A stretch of DNA of 64,000 nucleotides from Macrostomum lignano. Taxonomy: Eukaryota. The stretch is taken from assembly GCA_002269645.1 (NCBI GenBank), contig NIVC01000981.1, forward strand, positions 1 to 64,000, in the 5' to 3' direction. The notes below the pieces were generated by a model. The model worked only from the letters and a program-made list of their open reading frames with translations, searched no databases and was not told where the DNA came from. Below, in pieces: positions 25,450 through 39,094 of the stretch (the first letter of the stretch is position 1; the number at the start of each line of letters is the position of its first letter). The translations under genes and the position numbers were made by a program.

Positions 25450-26840
25450 CGAGATGCCCCTCTTTTATGCCCTGATGGGGCTGCAGGCCCACAGCTGATC
25501 TTCCTGTTCAACCTCCAAGACAAGAGACGTTGAGCGTGAGCCATATATTCCATGGTTAGCTTTTGCTTTGTAGCTAGCTCCTACCGCCTTTGCCTTGTCG
25601 GCCTCTGCTTTCTTTCGGGCTCTCTCGACTTGATCAGCATCTTCCTTCTTAGAAAATGCTGCTTTTGCAGCCTCCTGCTCTTGGACTTCTAAACAGTTTT
25701 GTAAGCAACGCTTGACTGCCATGCGCACTCACGCTGCAATCCCGTACGTATGACTTCTTTTGTTTCAACCTTCTTACCGATATTACGCAGGTTTGAACGG
25801 TCATTATGCCGTGAATCGATGGATCCTGCAGTTGGTTGCGGTCCATTCGCGGAATGCGACTCAAGTTTGCTAAACTGACACTCAATATCGGCGTTTCCAT
25901 GAGGCAGGATCAGTGACTTTAAGCGAGTTCTGCCAGAACTAGATAAACACCTGAAGCCTGTACCTTGTACCATAGCAGCTTGACACGTCGAGGCTCGTCC
26001 TTCAGTTGCACAATCAGTGACTGCCAGTTGCTGCTGCAGCGTGCCTGCGTTTGTGCTGCACAACATTTTCATACTAGGCTTTCCATCTCTTTCTTAGCCA
26101 GTGCCAGAACCTGAGAGCGGCGGTCGGTTTGCACCACAGGTCCTCAAAGCCTATGATGTTCAGCTCCTCTCTTTTGCTCCACGTGGCAGGGTACTCCATC
26201 AAATCGGTGTTCGATTCTTCTTCATCATTTCAGAGTCTGCATTGCGCGTTGTCCTGCTTTGCTTGTTGAGCTGCGGCCTGAACTGATGCAGCTCGACGAA
26301 GTGGTTCGTGCGGAGCCGTCTAAAGCTGACAGCTTCGCAGCAACTGCTGAACTCTTGACTTGTTTCCCACTGCTTCTCGGACCACTTCTGCACATCTTGC
26401 TACGTTTGTGGCTCCAAATCTTCGACGGGACTAGGTCTTCTAGTACCTTCTTGATTGAGTTGGCTAGCACACCAGTTTTAAAACAATTCTGCCAACAGAG
26501 TCGAATTGAACAGGCGTGTTCTGTTGTAAAATAACCAAAACGCTGGAAGTTAATCACTTGTCTTGGATATCAACTTTGCGGGGGACTTCGCCGATGATTA
26601 GCTCTCGATCAAGTACAGCTGCTGCGTTAGCTATAAATCCTGAAGCTTCCAAAATAAGGTTTTGCAGTCTGGAAATATCTTTTTTGTTTCTTTGGCATAG
26701 AGTCAGCTAACGAAATTGACAAGTCATGCTCTGCTGACATGATTGCCAATCGAATTTCGGCACCAGTGGTGTTTTTGACGCTTCGCCTAAATGTTTCGTA
26801 TCGGAGTAACAGAAAGTTAACTTTTAATTTTTTGGTCAAG
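25450..26840 (-). pseudogene. Decayed, internally deleted hAT-like transposase in flotillin intron 3
   Basis: N-terminal AEIRLAIMSAEHDLSISLAD...IFPDC motif and C-terminal LILPHGNADIECQFS..RIPRMDRNQLQDPSIHGIMTV (hAT dimerization-region-like) in shifting frames, only ~0.8 kb apart; no TIRs found. Confidence 0.6.
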
Positions 26841-29432
26841 TCAATGTCGGCGTATCTTTTAAGATCTTACTGTCAAATTGCCAGCAGATCAAATAAACTA
26901 ACACGGAACTAAATGATCAACACTAAAATTAGCAGCAGGCGATCAGTGGAAAATTAAAAAGGAAGAAGATGGCTGTCTGACACGATACAAAGAAAAAGAA
27001 CTGGACCTCTCGTGCGCCACGCGCGCGGAGAAACCCAAATTATCGACCGTACGACTTTCGCGAAAACGTTCTATACACAATTCCCAATTCGCTGAATCCC
27101 CATTGGCTGAATTCTAATTCAGGTTGCAATTTTTATCAGGTTCGCTCTTTTGGTGTCGCCGAGAGGAAGATGGTTACCGAGTCAAATAATAGTTCCTCTT
27201 ATAAATTCTGTCGCATGGCCGTCACTTCACTCTGATTTGCTGAGGCTGCTGCTACCCCCACAAAATCAAATCAAATATTATTTATAATAATTGCATAGCT
27301 CAACTCCCCCCTTAACTAGACAACTAGGTGACATAAGTCAAACATATAATAGTGAAGCATAGTGAAGGATATAAGAATGCTCGTAATAAAGAGTAGATAA
27401 GAAACTAAGCAAAGCTGACGAAAGAGGGGCCAAGCACCAGCAAGTGTCGCTTGGGAATTCGGCGAATTGTTGGTAAGTCGCAAGCACAAAAGATAAAACG
27501 GCCCAGATGGGGGCCACCACACGCAAAAATACACAGACGAGATGGGAAACAGAACGATTATTGTCAGTTTGATGCATAAATCTGACGCATGCACACTAAT
27601 ATGCTAAGATTAACTGAACTGACCCTAGACCTAAATCACAGACGAATCATCCATGAAGCCTTTAAATCTCCCATGCATGATTCATCCCTGAGCATCCATG
27701 GTTCCTTGCATGTTCATGTCTGTTCCCAAGCGTATTTTTTCCATGGAATGTTTACTATCCACGATCATCCATATCATTTCGAGCGTAGAAAATTGTTTAA
27801 GTAATAATCAAATCAAATCCGATAAATGTATGAAGCCCTACTAATAAGCACGGGAAAAAAGGGGAAATAAATAAGAGGAATGAATAAACAATAAAGCCGC
27901 CCTATTGAAAACGTATATGATACGTATATGATGAACGTACATGAGGCATTATGTAGACAATGTAGGGATTTAGACATGTAGAGATGTTATGTAGACAATA
28001 TACAGCAGTATTGCACCTATAGTAGTCAAAACATGTCATGCTATTTGTAATCGAAAATGTACACAGAAAATATTCGGTATTCTGTTATCTGTATATATTA
28101 AAGATCATTTCACTTCTCTGGCCATATCATTGAAAACCAAATCTTTCCTCTAAATATGCTTACTTCAGAAAATTGCAAATAAGTGTCAACTGCTAAGTGC
28201 TAAGTAAAGTTAGAAATACAAGCGCAACAGAATGGCATAAATGACGATAAATTGTTTTCCTAGTGGGTAAAAAATTACAAAACGTTGTAGAATATCGCCA
28301 CAATTATATGAAGTCGTGCTTAAACTTGCTGCATAAGGAAATTAGGCAAAACCTACCGGAATCAATTGGCTTAATTGGCACAGAAATAAAGTGACGCAAT
28401 ATTTCGCTTGGATGTAATGCCTTCTCATTACTGCTGGCATATTACATGAACCTTGACTAAAATAAAAATTAAAAGATATTCACTTTTGTAAACTCTGAGT
28501 GAAGTACAGAAAGCGATTCGAATAAATTTGAATCGTTATTCCAATCGGTACTACACATTAAAGGATCAAAAAACGAACCAATTGGATGCAGGATGCTCAC
28601 AAGAGCATGTGTTGATGGTTGAAATTCAACAATATAGCAAAAATCACTTCTTGAAGTTCTACAAATACGGTTACCAAACGTAAAAAACTGTTTCCCTGGG
28701 TTCGTTGAAAAATTCACATTGATATACGCAAGTGACTTTCGCAGAATACTCGTCGGTTATTTTTCTCGATAGCTATAGCATTAGGCCTCCTTAAAAGGTG
28801 GGTTGCTCTGTTGCAACAAAAAAATAAGACTAGTTTTTTTGTAGCAAAAACTTTTTAACTAAATGCGACCTAAGAGATAATGTTCCACACAAATAATTTT
28901 TTAAATTACCAATGGAGCTTTCAAAAGAATAAAGTAAAGTAAAACTAAATCAACACCGCAGCGCTGTAACCATGAAGCGCCAATTGTCTGCTAGTGGTAA
29001 GACTTGCATGCCAATGGGATTGCCGAATGCCTTTGGAATTTGCAATTCGTGGTGAAACCGTACGCCACCAAATAATATCACACTAGCATACTTCTTAGAT
29101 GTTTAATGCTCGCGACATAGTTGAAGTGCCAACACTTTAGTACGCTATGGAACTCTGCCAATATAGAAGCAGTACTAAGCTTTAGCAACGTGATAACTCT
29201 GAGCTGAGCTGATTGAGTTGACGTGTCTTCACTCCAGGCAGAGCGTTGCGTCTCCTCTCCCATCAATACCAAAGTGTGAAAATTATGGTACACGGTAGCT
29301 CGCCTAACGTCCAAAAATCTTGATATGGCTCTCAAAAGTTCACTTCTCCGTCAAGCCTCAATGACTATAGTTGTAGGTCTCTTTTTTCTCTTGCTATTCT
29401 TGCATACTGATATACTGAATACGCAGTTAGCG

Positions 29433-29790
29433 TTACAGGGCGCGCCTCAAGGCCAGGTCGCGAATGAAGGCCGAATCCGGGGCGCCGGCGTCAGCCAGCA
29501 GGCAGTCTACGAAACGCCGAGTGCGCGCCTGCTTTCGCTGGTAGGGTGTCTGCAGCGTTAGCAGCAGCACTTCCTGCACCGGCTCTGGGCAGTACGACTC
29601 GGCGCGGATGATGTGGCCTGCCAGCTGGAGTCGCCGCCGGCGCAGCAGGTCGCTTGGACGGACCAGGCGGGCGCGGCGATACAAAGCCGCGTTGGTCACT
29701 CGCTCGTAGCCAATCTTGAAGGCGGCGCGCAGCAGGCCAGCGTGCGCCGCGTCAACTTGTTGTTCGAGCGACTCCGTCAATAGTCTTAAT
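29433..29790 (-). mobile_element. 5'-truncated non-LTR retrotransposon (RTE-like) fragment, RT C-terminal region
   Basis: LTESLEQQVDAAHAGLLRAAF...LLRRRRLQLAGHIIR...LLL...RTRRFVDCLLADAG resembles the post-RT region of RTE-clade LINEs; GC-rich island in an AT-rich intron. Confidence 0.7.
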
Positions 29791-30013
29791 AGGCTGAATA
29801 GTCTAAATTAATCTGCAAAATGCTATAGTTCAAATATAGGGTATAAATTCGAGTCTGAGGCAATCTGGAGTCGGTAAAACAGGACGAAAATGCTAATTTA
29901 ATAAGTCTGCTTGTAGGAAACCAGAGTCGATTGTTGCCTAGCAGTTGTTCTAGTGTCTGTGGTGTCAAACTTAAGTTAAGTTAACATTTTACAACGCTTA
30001 ACCTCTGCGATAG

Positions 30014-30499
30014 GAGCTGGAGATCGTGCGCAAAGAGCGCCAATTGGACGCCACAGTTCGCAAGCCGGCCGAGGCCGAGCGCTACCGGCTGGAGAAGCTG
30101 GCCGAAGCGGAGAACCAGAAGATTGTGCTGGAGGCCCAGGCCGAGGCTGAGACCATACAGCTGAAGGGCGAGGCTGAGGCCTACGCTATCGAGGCTCGAG
30201 CCAAGGCCACTGCCGAGCAGATGGCTAAGAAGGCGGACGCTTGGAAAGAGTACGGCGAGGCAGCTAAACTCGACTTGGTGCTGAAGACTCTGCCTAAACT
30301 GGCTGCCGAGGTTGCCCAGCCGTTGGCCGGGGCCAGCAAGATCACCATGGTGAGCAACGGCGGCAAAGGCTCCGAATTAGGCGCGGCGAAGATCACGGGC
30401 GAAGTGATGGACATCATGGAACGGCTGCCCAATGTGGTTAAAAGCATGGCTGGAGTTGATATTAGCAAGACTTTGGGAGGCGGCGGCAAGAGCCGGTGA
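30014..30499 (+). CDS. FLOT1: Flotillin-1 exon 4 (last); full protein 432 aa
   Basis: TAG|GAG; [33 protein letters not shown]...[16 protein letters not shown]; TGA at 30497-30499; AATAAA at ~30554. Confidence 0.97.
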   Translation, partial: ELEIVRKERQLDATVRKPAEAERYRLEKLAEAENQKIVLEAQAEAETIQLKGEAEAYAIEARAKATAEQMAKKADAWKEYGEAAKLDLVLKTLPKLAAEVAQPLAGASKITMVSNGGKGSELGAAKITGEVMDIMERLPNVVKSMAGVDISKTLGGGGKSR

Positions 30500-30744
30500 A
30501 TTTATTGATTGACAATCGGTTTCTTCCTCTCTTGGTAGCCCAAAGTTTTTAAAATAAACGCCAATTTTTATCGATTTATCCCTACTGGTATGATAAACGC
30601 TGCCCAATTACAATCCTCTTTTGTTTTATTGCGTAATTTTATTAGTAGCTTCTTATAGATCTTGAATAGCTCTGCAGTAAACAGCTATAAATATATAGTT
30701 AATAAATCTACAAGAGATTGTGACAAATCTATTAAAGATCCCGA

Positions 30745-31265
30745 AAATCTATTAGAGATCCCGAAGGTCTATTAGAGATCCCAAAAATCTATTAGAGATC
30801 GTGTTAGTTTTATTAGAGATCGTAATAGGTCTATTAGAGATTTGATAGGTCTATTAGAGATTCCGAAGATCTATGAGAGATCCCAAAGATCTATTAGAGA
30901 TCGTGATTGATTTATTAGAGATCGTGATAGATCTATTAGATATCGTGATAGATCTATTAGATATCGTGATAGATCTATTAGAGATCGTGATAGATCTATT
31001 AGAGATCGTGATAGATCTATTAGAGATCGTGATAGATCTATTAGAGATCGTGATAGATCTATTAGAGATCGTGATAGATCTATTAGATATCGTGATAGAT
31101 CTATTAGAGATCGTGATAGATCTATTAGAGATCGTGATAGATCTATTAGAGATCGTGATAGATCTATTAGAGATCGTGATAGATCTATTAGAGATCGTGA
31201 TAGATCTATTAGAGATCGTGATAGATCTAGAGATCCTGATGGAGATCGGGATGGATCTAATAGAG
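30745..31265. repeat. 21-bp minisatellite (GATCTATTAGAGATCGTGATA)n
   Basis: Direct. Confidence 0.97.
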
Positions 31266-32024
31266 ATATATCATAGATTCAAAGTATCTTTAAGAAACAG
31301 CTGCAGGTATTCATTTCTGGTCTGCTCAATCTAGCAGAATATTTTTTAGGTTTTTTCTTGCTACAGAGCAACTTTGACAGGTCTCTGTAATTAGAATCAG
31401 CTTATTGTTAAGTATAATTTTGAGAAACAATTTGTTCGGCTATAAATATAATTATTTACACAGCTGTAACTTCACATTTTTACATTATCTATACCCTTTT
31501 TTTCCGAGGTCATTAAAATGCTTATATTGCTACTTTTACTATCGTTTGGTAGTAGGCAGCGACGAAATTTTTTTATATTGGTTTTTCTGCCATTAACTGA
31601 CCCAGTTTTAGTTATATAGATTAATAAAGCACCAATCGATCTCTTCCAAAATGCGTTTTTAAAACCTTTATTTACCTTAATTATTGAGTACTGTTTATTC
31701 TGCAAAGTATTTTGTTGTTGCTATGCGATTTTATGTATAAGGATTCTCTAACCTTTTGCGACAGTTTTTCTACCCCAAAAAGTATAAATTTATTAAACCA
31801 ATAAATTAATTTTCCACTATCCCGTACCTATCGCGTGATTGTTATGCTATTGACTCCTTTCAAGCTTGCTATCAATCAAATACCACTTGATAAATTATAT
31901 ATAGATGACAACTTTAGTAAGAGAAAGGCTCTACATTTCTGTGTGTATTCGTTTTTTCGTTTTTTCTCTTTTTTTCTCCAAAACTCTGAGCGGCAAATTT
32001 ATGGGGACTGCGGGGGTTTGGTGT

Positions 32025-32061
32025 TAGTTAGTTAGTTAGTTAGTTAGTTAAATAGCTAGTC

Positions 32062-32122
<61 letters not shown>

Positions 32123-32133
32123 AATAGCTAGTC

Positions 32134-32195
<62 letters not shown>

Positions 32196-32196
32196 C

Positions 32197-32230
<34 letters not shown>

Positions 32231-32236
32231 AATAGC

Positions 32237-32298
<62 letters not shown>

Positions 32299-32309
32299 AA
32301 TAGCTAGTC

Positions 32310-32367
<58 letters not shown>

Positions 32368-32368
32368 C

Positions 32369-32407
<39 letters not shown>

Positions 32408-32852
32408 CTAGTTAGCTAGTTAGTTAGTTAGCTAGTTAGTTAGTTAGTTAGTTATTTAGTTAGTTAGTTAGCTAGTTAGCTAGTTAGTTAGTTAGCTAGT
32501 TAGCTAGTTAGTTAAATAGCTAGTTAGTTAGTTAGTTAGTTAGCTAGTTAGTTAGTTAGCTAGTTAGTTAGATAGCTAGTTAGTTAGTTAGTTGGTTAGT
32601 TAGTTAGCTTGGTAGTTAGTCAGTTAGTTAGTAAGTTAGCTAGTTAGCTATAGTTAGCTAGTTAGTTAATTAGTTAGTTAACTTGTTAGCTAGTTAGTTA
32701 GCTAGTTAGTCAGTTAGTTAGTTAGTTAGCTTGGTAGTTAGTTAGTTAGTTAGTTAGCTAGTCAGTTAGTTAGTTAGCTTGTTAGTTAGTTAGCTTGTTA
32801 GTTAGTTAGCTTGTTAGTTAGTTAGCTTGTTAGTTAGCTTGTTTGTTAGTTA
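32025..32852. repeat. (TAGT)n microsatellite with TAGC variants
   Basis: Direct. Confidence 0.97.
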
Positions 32853-33190
32853 GCCAATCAACCCAGCCAACATTATGAGTAAAAACCCTTTAACGAGAGC
32901 GAACCCACTGTTCAAGAGTCGGAAAGCATCAAAGGGAAGTGAGGTGGAAACAGTTGGGAGAGTGGAACAAAAGTCCACTATATTATTGCTCTGCTCTGCA
33001 CTTGCTGCAGTCTCCCCTTTGAATTCGCCCACGCATCCATCCAAAGCAACGTTATAAGTTTGATGAATTTAATAATACCCTCAATCCTCTCCCATAGATT
33101 AATATTGAATAGATTGAGTGCAGAATCCTTCGTAATAATTTGGTTAATTTTTCTGTCAGAACTGTCTGAAATTCAATGCATTCGATTCAA

Positions 33191-33196
<6 letters not shown>

Positions 33197-33234
<38 letters not shown>
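33197..33234. repeat. (GT)n microsatellite
   Basis: Direct. Confidence 0.95.
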
Positions 33235-33237
<3 letters not shown>

Positions 33238-33439
33238 CCTCACACTTGTAGTGAATTCACGAGGTCCTGCATCCATTCTTTAGCTTCCCCAGCTTTAGCT
33301 CATATTATAATCAAAACTGGTAACCTGAATGTCTGCCCCAATCTACCATTCCATCCGGGTTGGGAGAGTGGCAGCTCATTCGCTCATTGTGAGCTTCTTA
33401 CCGATATTATTAACTTCGACCTGCCGAATCTCATCAAAG

Positions 33440-33985
33440 GCTGTCTTTGCAATCATCTGCTCGGACGTGAAGCCCGCACCGTGCTGCGCGACTGCAAGTC
33501 CGCATGGGGGTGCCCGAGGGTGTCAGACTCACTCGGGTGCTCTCCTAAACTCGTGAGGGGGTCATCTTCGATTCCAAGTTAATGTTAAACCGCCAATCGC
33601 CAAATCTTGGCGACTTCCGTGAAGGCCCGCAAGCGCAATCGCGTCCTTCGGTGCCTGGCAGGAAGCAGCTGCAAAGAGCTACTGCTGAACATTACAAGAT
33701 CATCTCGCGCAGTCTTATTAGCTACGCCTCACCTGTCCGAGGTCCGGTCATCTCCAGCTAGCTTCAGGCGGTTCAGAATTCAGCTACCCGGAGCATTACT
33801 GGTTGCACCGCGACCGACCGCGTCCGCTACCGACCTGCCGGCCTCAACTGCCCTGCTCATCCCACTGAACTGGAGCCTTCCGATCTTTGACGCAATTCCC
33901 ACGTGAAGTCGCAGAGTTTCTGATGCTGCCCGTTCAGCATGACCCCGGCGAGGGTTAATAGAAACAACAGCAACAACCTCTCTAC
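33440..33985 (+). mobile_element. Degenerate 3' end of a LINE (RT C-terminal region, AAC-rich tail)
   Basis: Cross-frame translation gives KLVGVIFDSKL...KARKRNRVLRCLAGSS...YASPV...LQAVQN...ITGC...LNCPAHPTEL...DL...EVAEFL, typical of non-LTR RT C-termini; tail AACAACAGCAACAAC. Confidence 0.65.
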
Positions 33986-34634
33986 CCTAATCTGCCTCTT
34001 TAATTAAGCTCCAATCTAACTCTACCCTAAATCTACACCTCTACCTCTCTACCACAATCTACACACGTACATTTCTACTTTTGTCATCCACGCCTCTTAC
34101 CATTCTACATGTATGGGTAGGTATGTCTGTTTCCCTCAGTACTTGATCTTTGTTAATGGATCAATTATTATTGATGCACTTTTTAACAGACTTCAAGCAG
34201 ACGTGCGATCCAATCGATGATGCACTGACCGTCAGGGTGCGTCGCTTTCGGTTGCGTTTAAATTAATAAATCAGATTTTCTGCCTCAACTGCTTTCCCAT
34301 TGTTTTGTGAACCAGTAGCTCCGCTACACTGACTGCATAAGCTGATAGAGTTTCAGTATTTACGATTCAGTAAGAAATGCAGTAAGTCATTTGATGCGCA
34401 TGACTTTTTGAAACACACGTTCGATCAATGTGCATTTGAACTTTTGAAGCGCAGACTAAAACAGATAGAAGTTCCTTTCAATGAAAATTAATTTCTATTG
34501 TCACGTGGTGCAAGTCCACTGGCTATAATATGTTTCTAAAATTGACACCCGCTGAAAAGGATGTTTTAACCATAGACTATAGTTTGTTCATTCGTTTATT
34601 TCTCTCGAAACTCACTTTGCTGATTATAATCTTA

Positions 34635-36263
34635 GGGTGCGTTCGAGTGACTTAAAATGACTTAAACTGCCATTTTAACGTCCTTAGTAAAACAAATGTT
34701 AAGCAGACTAAATGTAAAAATAATCTAGGTAAATGATAGTCAAATTACAATTAAGAATTAATTCAATTTCTAAAACCGGTCTAAGATTAAAAAAACGTCG
34801 CCTATACTTCTTCCAACTCAACCTGAACGCCTAGGCACCGTTTTAACTTCGCTCGCAATAACCACATTTATTGTAATTGAATATTTTGTATTCTTCACCT
34901 TTGTTCTATCATTTGCTTTCACGTCTTTTTGCTCAGTTCGCTGCCCGTCATAATAGTCTTTGAATAATTGCTTAGTACTAATATTGTTTATTTATTAATT
35001 GTTATTACGTAGTAGTTTATTTGGACTTAGAATATAGTCACTATTTCAGCTTGGTTCTTATTCTTCAATATAGTATCTGAGTGAACTTCATGTTATAGTT
35101 TTGTCTTTCTATTTATTCTATAGTATTGTATCTATAGTGTTAGCCTCAGCAATCCATTATCTTGCGTTGCAGTTGCTGGGTGTATGCAAGCAGGATATAT
35201 TCAACTACATGTACGAAGGGGCAGCATCTATATAGCAGCATCTACTCAGATAATCTATATAGTAGTCATTTCAGAAACAAAAAGTTGCCTACCTCCGACC
35301 AAATACTGCACGGCGGTGTCGTAATTAGTCGACTCCACAAGAAGCCTACACAATTGTCCACCATTTTCCATGAAAACATCAAATACAGGCATTGTTATCC
35401 AGCGGTGCAGATTAACACTACTTGCAAAAAATGAGTATATGCAACAAGAGAAACTGTAAACAAATTTACAGAGATTGGCACAAAATACAAAAAATATATG
35501 AAACTTATTGATGCAGAGGTATATTTGAAAGAAATGTTTTTTTTTTGGTTTATATAAGTTGACTGTGATGAATAAAGATAATAAATAAGGAGCTAATTAC
35601 TATATTCAAACAAGCAAAAGAATAAAAAACAAGGTAAGTCAGTCAACTATTCATTGAGAAAAAAATAGGCCAGATAGCAATAAAATAATATGATTTAACC
35701 AAAGTGAATAATTCCTTGGTATTACAATAGCTACGGAATAAATAGAAAGACAAAACTATAACATGAAGTTCACTCAGATACTATATTGAAGAATAAGAAC
35801 CAAGCTGAAAAAGTACAAAACTCCAATAGAAAAATAATAACAGTAGCAACAATAATAGTGACTATATTCCAAGTCCAAATAAACTACTATGTAATAAAAA
35901 AAAAAAAAAAAACAATATTAGTACTAAGCAATTATTCAAAGACTATTATGACGGGCAGCGAACTGAGCAAAAAGACGTGAAAGCAAATGATAGAACAAAG
36001 GTGAAGAATACAAAATATTCAATTACGATAATGTGGTAATTGCGAGCGAAGTTAAAACGGTGCCTAGGCGTTCAGGTTGAGTTGGAAGAAGTATAGGCGA
36101 CGTTTTTTAAATCTTAGACCGGTTTTAGAAATTGAATTAATTCTTAATTGTAATTTGACTATCATTTACCTAGATTATTTTTACATTTAGTCTGCTTAAC
36201 ATTTGTTTTACTAAGGACGTTAAAATGGCAGTTTAAGTCATTTTAAGTCACTCGAACGCACCC
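34635..36263. mobile_element. Non-autonomous PIF/Harbinger-type element with ~500-bp TIRs and TTA TSD
   Basis: GGGTGCGTTCGAGTGACTTAAAATG... / ...CATTTTAAGTCACTCGAACGCACCC; inverted match continues ~500 bp (one ~45-bp indel); TTA at 34632-34634 and 36264-36266; no transposase inside. Confidence 0.88.
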
Positions 36264-37444
36264 TTACACTTGCTCATGCAATTCTTGGAATTCTTCCCAT
36301 AGGCTCAATGGTTTGGCTGGGTGCCACTGAGTGGCCTTTTTAGTGTATATAAGATCTGTGGATTACATGTAGTCGAGCCTTTCGACCTAACTAACTTCAT
36401 CTTGTTCATGGCATTAGCGTCGTCCGGAGTCGAGACCTTTGCACATCCGACGCTATCGTCTCTCGCACTCTCGGGCATGTCAAACAGCTGAGACACCATC
36501 AAGGGTAACTAACAGACAAGCGATTATAATCTCTTTCCAACTCTCTCTCTCTCTCTCTCTCTCACGAACTGGTGATTTCTGTGGTTCAAATTGAGAAAAT
36601 CGCACGCACGATTATAAAGATTGCTGAACGCCAACGAGTGCATCATTGACACAGACGACGCACTAGGAAGCCTTCATGAATCTCAATCATATTCGATTCC
36701 ATTTTAAAACCTGCATAGACCATGAAGTTTAGCCATAGACTAAATCACAATTCTGCACGCAGAGTCAAATCAGCATGTCACACACCTCCAAAGTGAGCTC
36801 AATCAATAGGACAATAAATGGTATATATTCCCCATTTATACCAGTGCTAGGGCATTTCGCATTTTTGCCCTAGACACTTGGTATTAACGGGGAGTATGTG
36901 ATGTATCCACCACTTAAACGTAGAAGCAGCGTAACAGGGAAAGCGGGGTCAAGGGGGCGCTTAGCCCCCTTGCGCGGGGTGTGGGTGTGGGGGCAGAGCC
37001 CCCACATTTAAGAACGTTAAGACAATTTTTAAAAAAATGATTTGATGTCTATGGTCTATAGCAGAATTTCTATACCATATTCTGCAGATTCAGACATGCC
37101 GTGAATGTTTCAGACAATTCTCTCTATGTAGCCAAGTGAGCAGTTAGAAACAGCGTTTTAATATTGTCTTTGGGCGAGTGAAATAAACCGTTTATTTGCA
37201 CCGATGCAAATAAATGAAATTTACACTGAGACCATAGACGTTCGCTCGGGGCAAGTGGGGGATGCATAATATTGGGTCTATGGTTTTGTGTCTAGAGGAG
37301 ACAATTTATCATTGAGTTAATCTTAATCTGCCTTCGTTCCACCATTGAACAAACGTTCACCTTGGAAAAATCACTGCTTACCATGAATTGCATTTTAAAT
37401 TGATAGTGCAAATCTAAAATATCCAACTGAAATTCGCGATTATT

Positions 37445-37645
37445 GGAGAGAGGGGAGAGAGTGAAGAGAGGAGAGGGGGAGAGAGGGGAGAGAAGAGACG
37501 GGAGAGAGGAGAGAGAGAGGGTAGAGAGCGGAGAGGGGGATGAGAGAGGCGAGAGAGAGAGGAGGGAGCTAGGGAAGAGAGGGGAGAGAAGGGAGATGGG
37601 AGACAGGGGAGCGTGGAAAGAGGGGGGAAGGAAGGAGGAGAGAGG
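37445..37645. repeat. GA-rich low-complexity tract
   Basis: Direct. Confidence 0.9.
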
Positions 37646-38277
37646 TGAGAGACACCTCCGCTCTAACATCGTGAACTACACCGCTTTCCTACACAAAAGT
37701 CGTTGATCCAGGACTTCCACAAGCCAGAATTTTATCTCCAACATATATAAATCCCCAATCCGGGAGAAGTAACAAAAAAGTCAGTTCTAGAAAGGATATC
37801 TGATTTCCTATGGACTGTGACCATGCTTCAGCATCAATACACATGTGGCCATGTCTCATCCGTTGTTTCTCCTTGTGATTTACAATCTTGCAATATTGCA
37901 TTTCATCATTTGCCAGACTTTTTACAAAGGAAGATTCAATCAAAAGCTTTGCAAGGCCTACGCATCTTCAAAAAGCGCTATTGAATAACTGGCTGTGTGA
38001 GCTGAGGTTGAGAGAACAGTGATCACTCTTTTGATGCAGTCGGGTGTCCGGTTTAGTCAGACTGCTCCGTGAATGGATTGTAGCACGCGATGTGAACTGA
38101 ACTTGCACCGCCGGCCGTGTTAGAGGGGTGAGACAGCAGCGGTACAGTGACGTGGGGCACTGCTGAGATTGAGAAATTACCAGGGTCCGTGTTTAGAGAA
38201 CATCTTCACAGCTTACTCAGTTTCTGAGTTCTGGTGCATTTGAGGGCGGATCTGGGGTCAGGGATGTTTTCTGCCAA

Positions 38278-38370
38278 GATAGATAGATAGATAGATAGAA
38301 AGATAGATAGAGAGATAGATAGATAGATAGATATAGATAGATAGATATATAGATAGATAGATAGATAGAT

Positions 38371-38428
<58 letters not shown>

Positions 38429-38450
38429 GATAGATAGATATATAGATAGA
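38278..38450. repeat. (GATA)n microsatellite
   Basis: Direct. Confidence 0.97.
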
Positions 38451-39094
38451 GATGGGTGAGAGGGGTGAGAGGATAGAGGGTAGAGAGGAGTGAGAAGATA
38501 GAGGGGAGAGAGGATAGGGAGGATGAAGAGGGAAGAGATAGATAGGCAAGAATGCACAAAAGTATTAAACAGCAATAAACCCGCAGTGTGCCAAAATGAT
38601 GGCAGTCAGTGAAGGCAAGCCCAGTCTCACCGCTGCATGATGCGGGCAGATGAAAATTTCTGCACTGCCAAAACAGGCATCCAATGTTTTGCACTGATGG
38701 CGCCAAAATCCGATGAAGTGGGCGGGCGGGGGTGCGGGAGCGGTCAGTATTGAAGAGAGGAATTAACAGCTTTAGGGATTGTCCCAAACATCAGTTTATT
38801 GTCTTTATCCTTCAACATTCAGCGGCTCAGAGGTGAAGCTATCAGCATTCAGGCTAAGCCCTTTGAAGACACGAGTTACCTAATTGGCTATTGGCGTAGC
38901 CCTTCAAAGGCTTGGGAGGATGACGGTGAGTCCGCAATATTGATAATGAGAAACAGACTGATGGCGACTGAGAAGGGTGTGGAAATTTGCAGAATTACTG
39001 AGAAGTGGGGAAGAAGAAACTCACCATTGAAAATGAAGCATAGGAAGAGAAGGAAATGATAAAGTGGACCTGGGGGACAGGGAGACAGAAGAGG

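Noticed and set aside
36841-37005. Short hairpin and GGGGGCAGAGCCCCC motif suggesting a DNA-transposon end
   Set aside because: No partner TIR or TSD found
36700-37290. Cluster of CATAGAC/GTCTATG inverted motifs (possible MITE ends)
   Set aside because: Matches are only ~9-11 bp and no consistent TSD could be established
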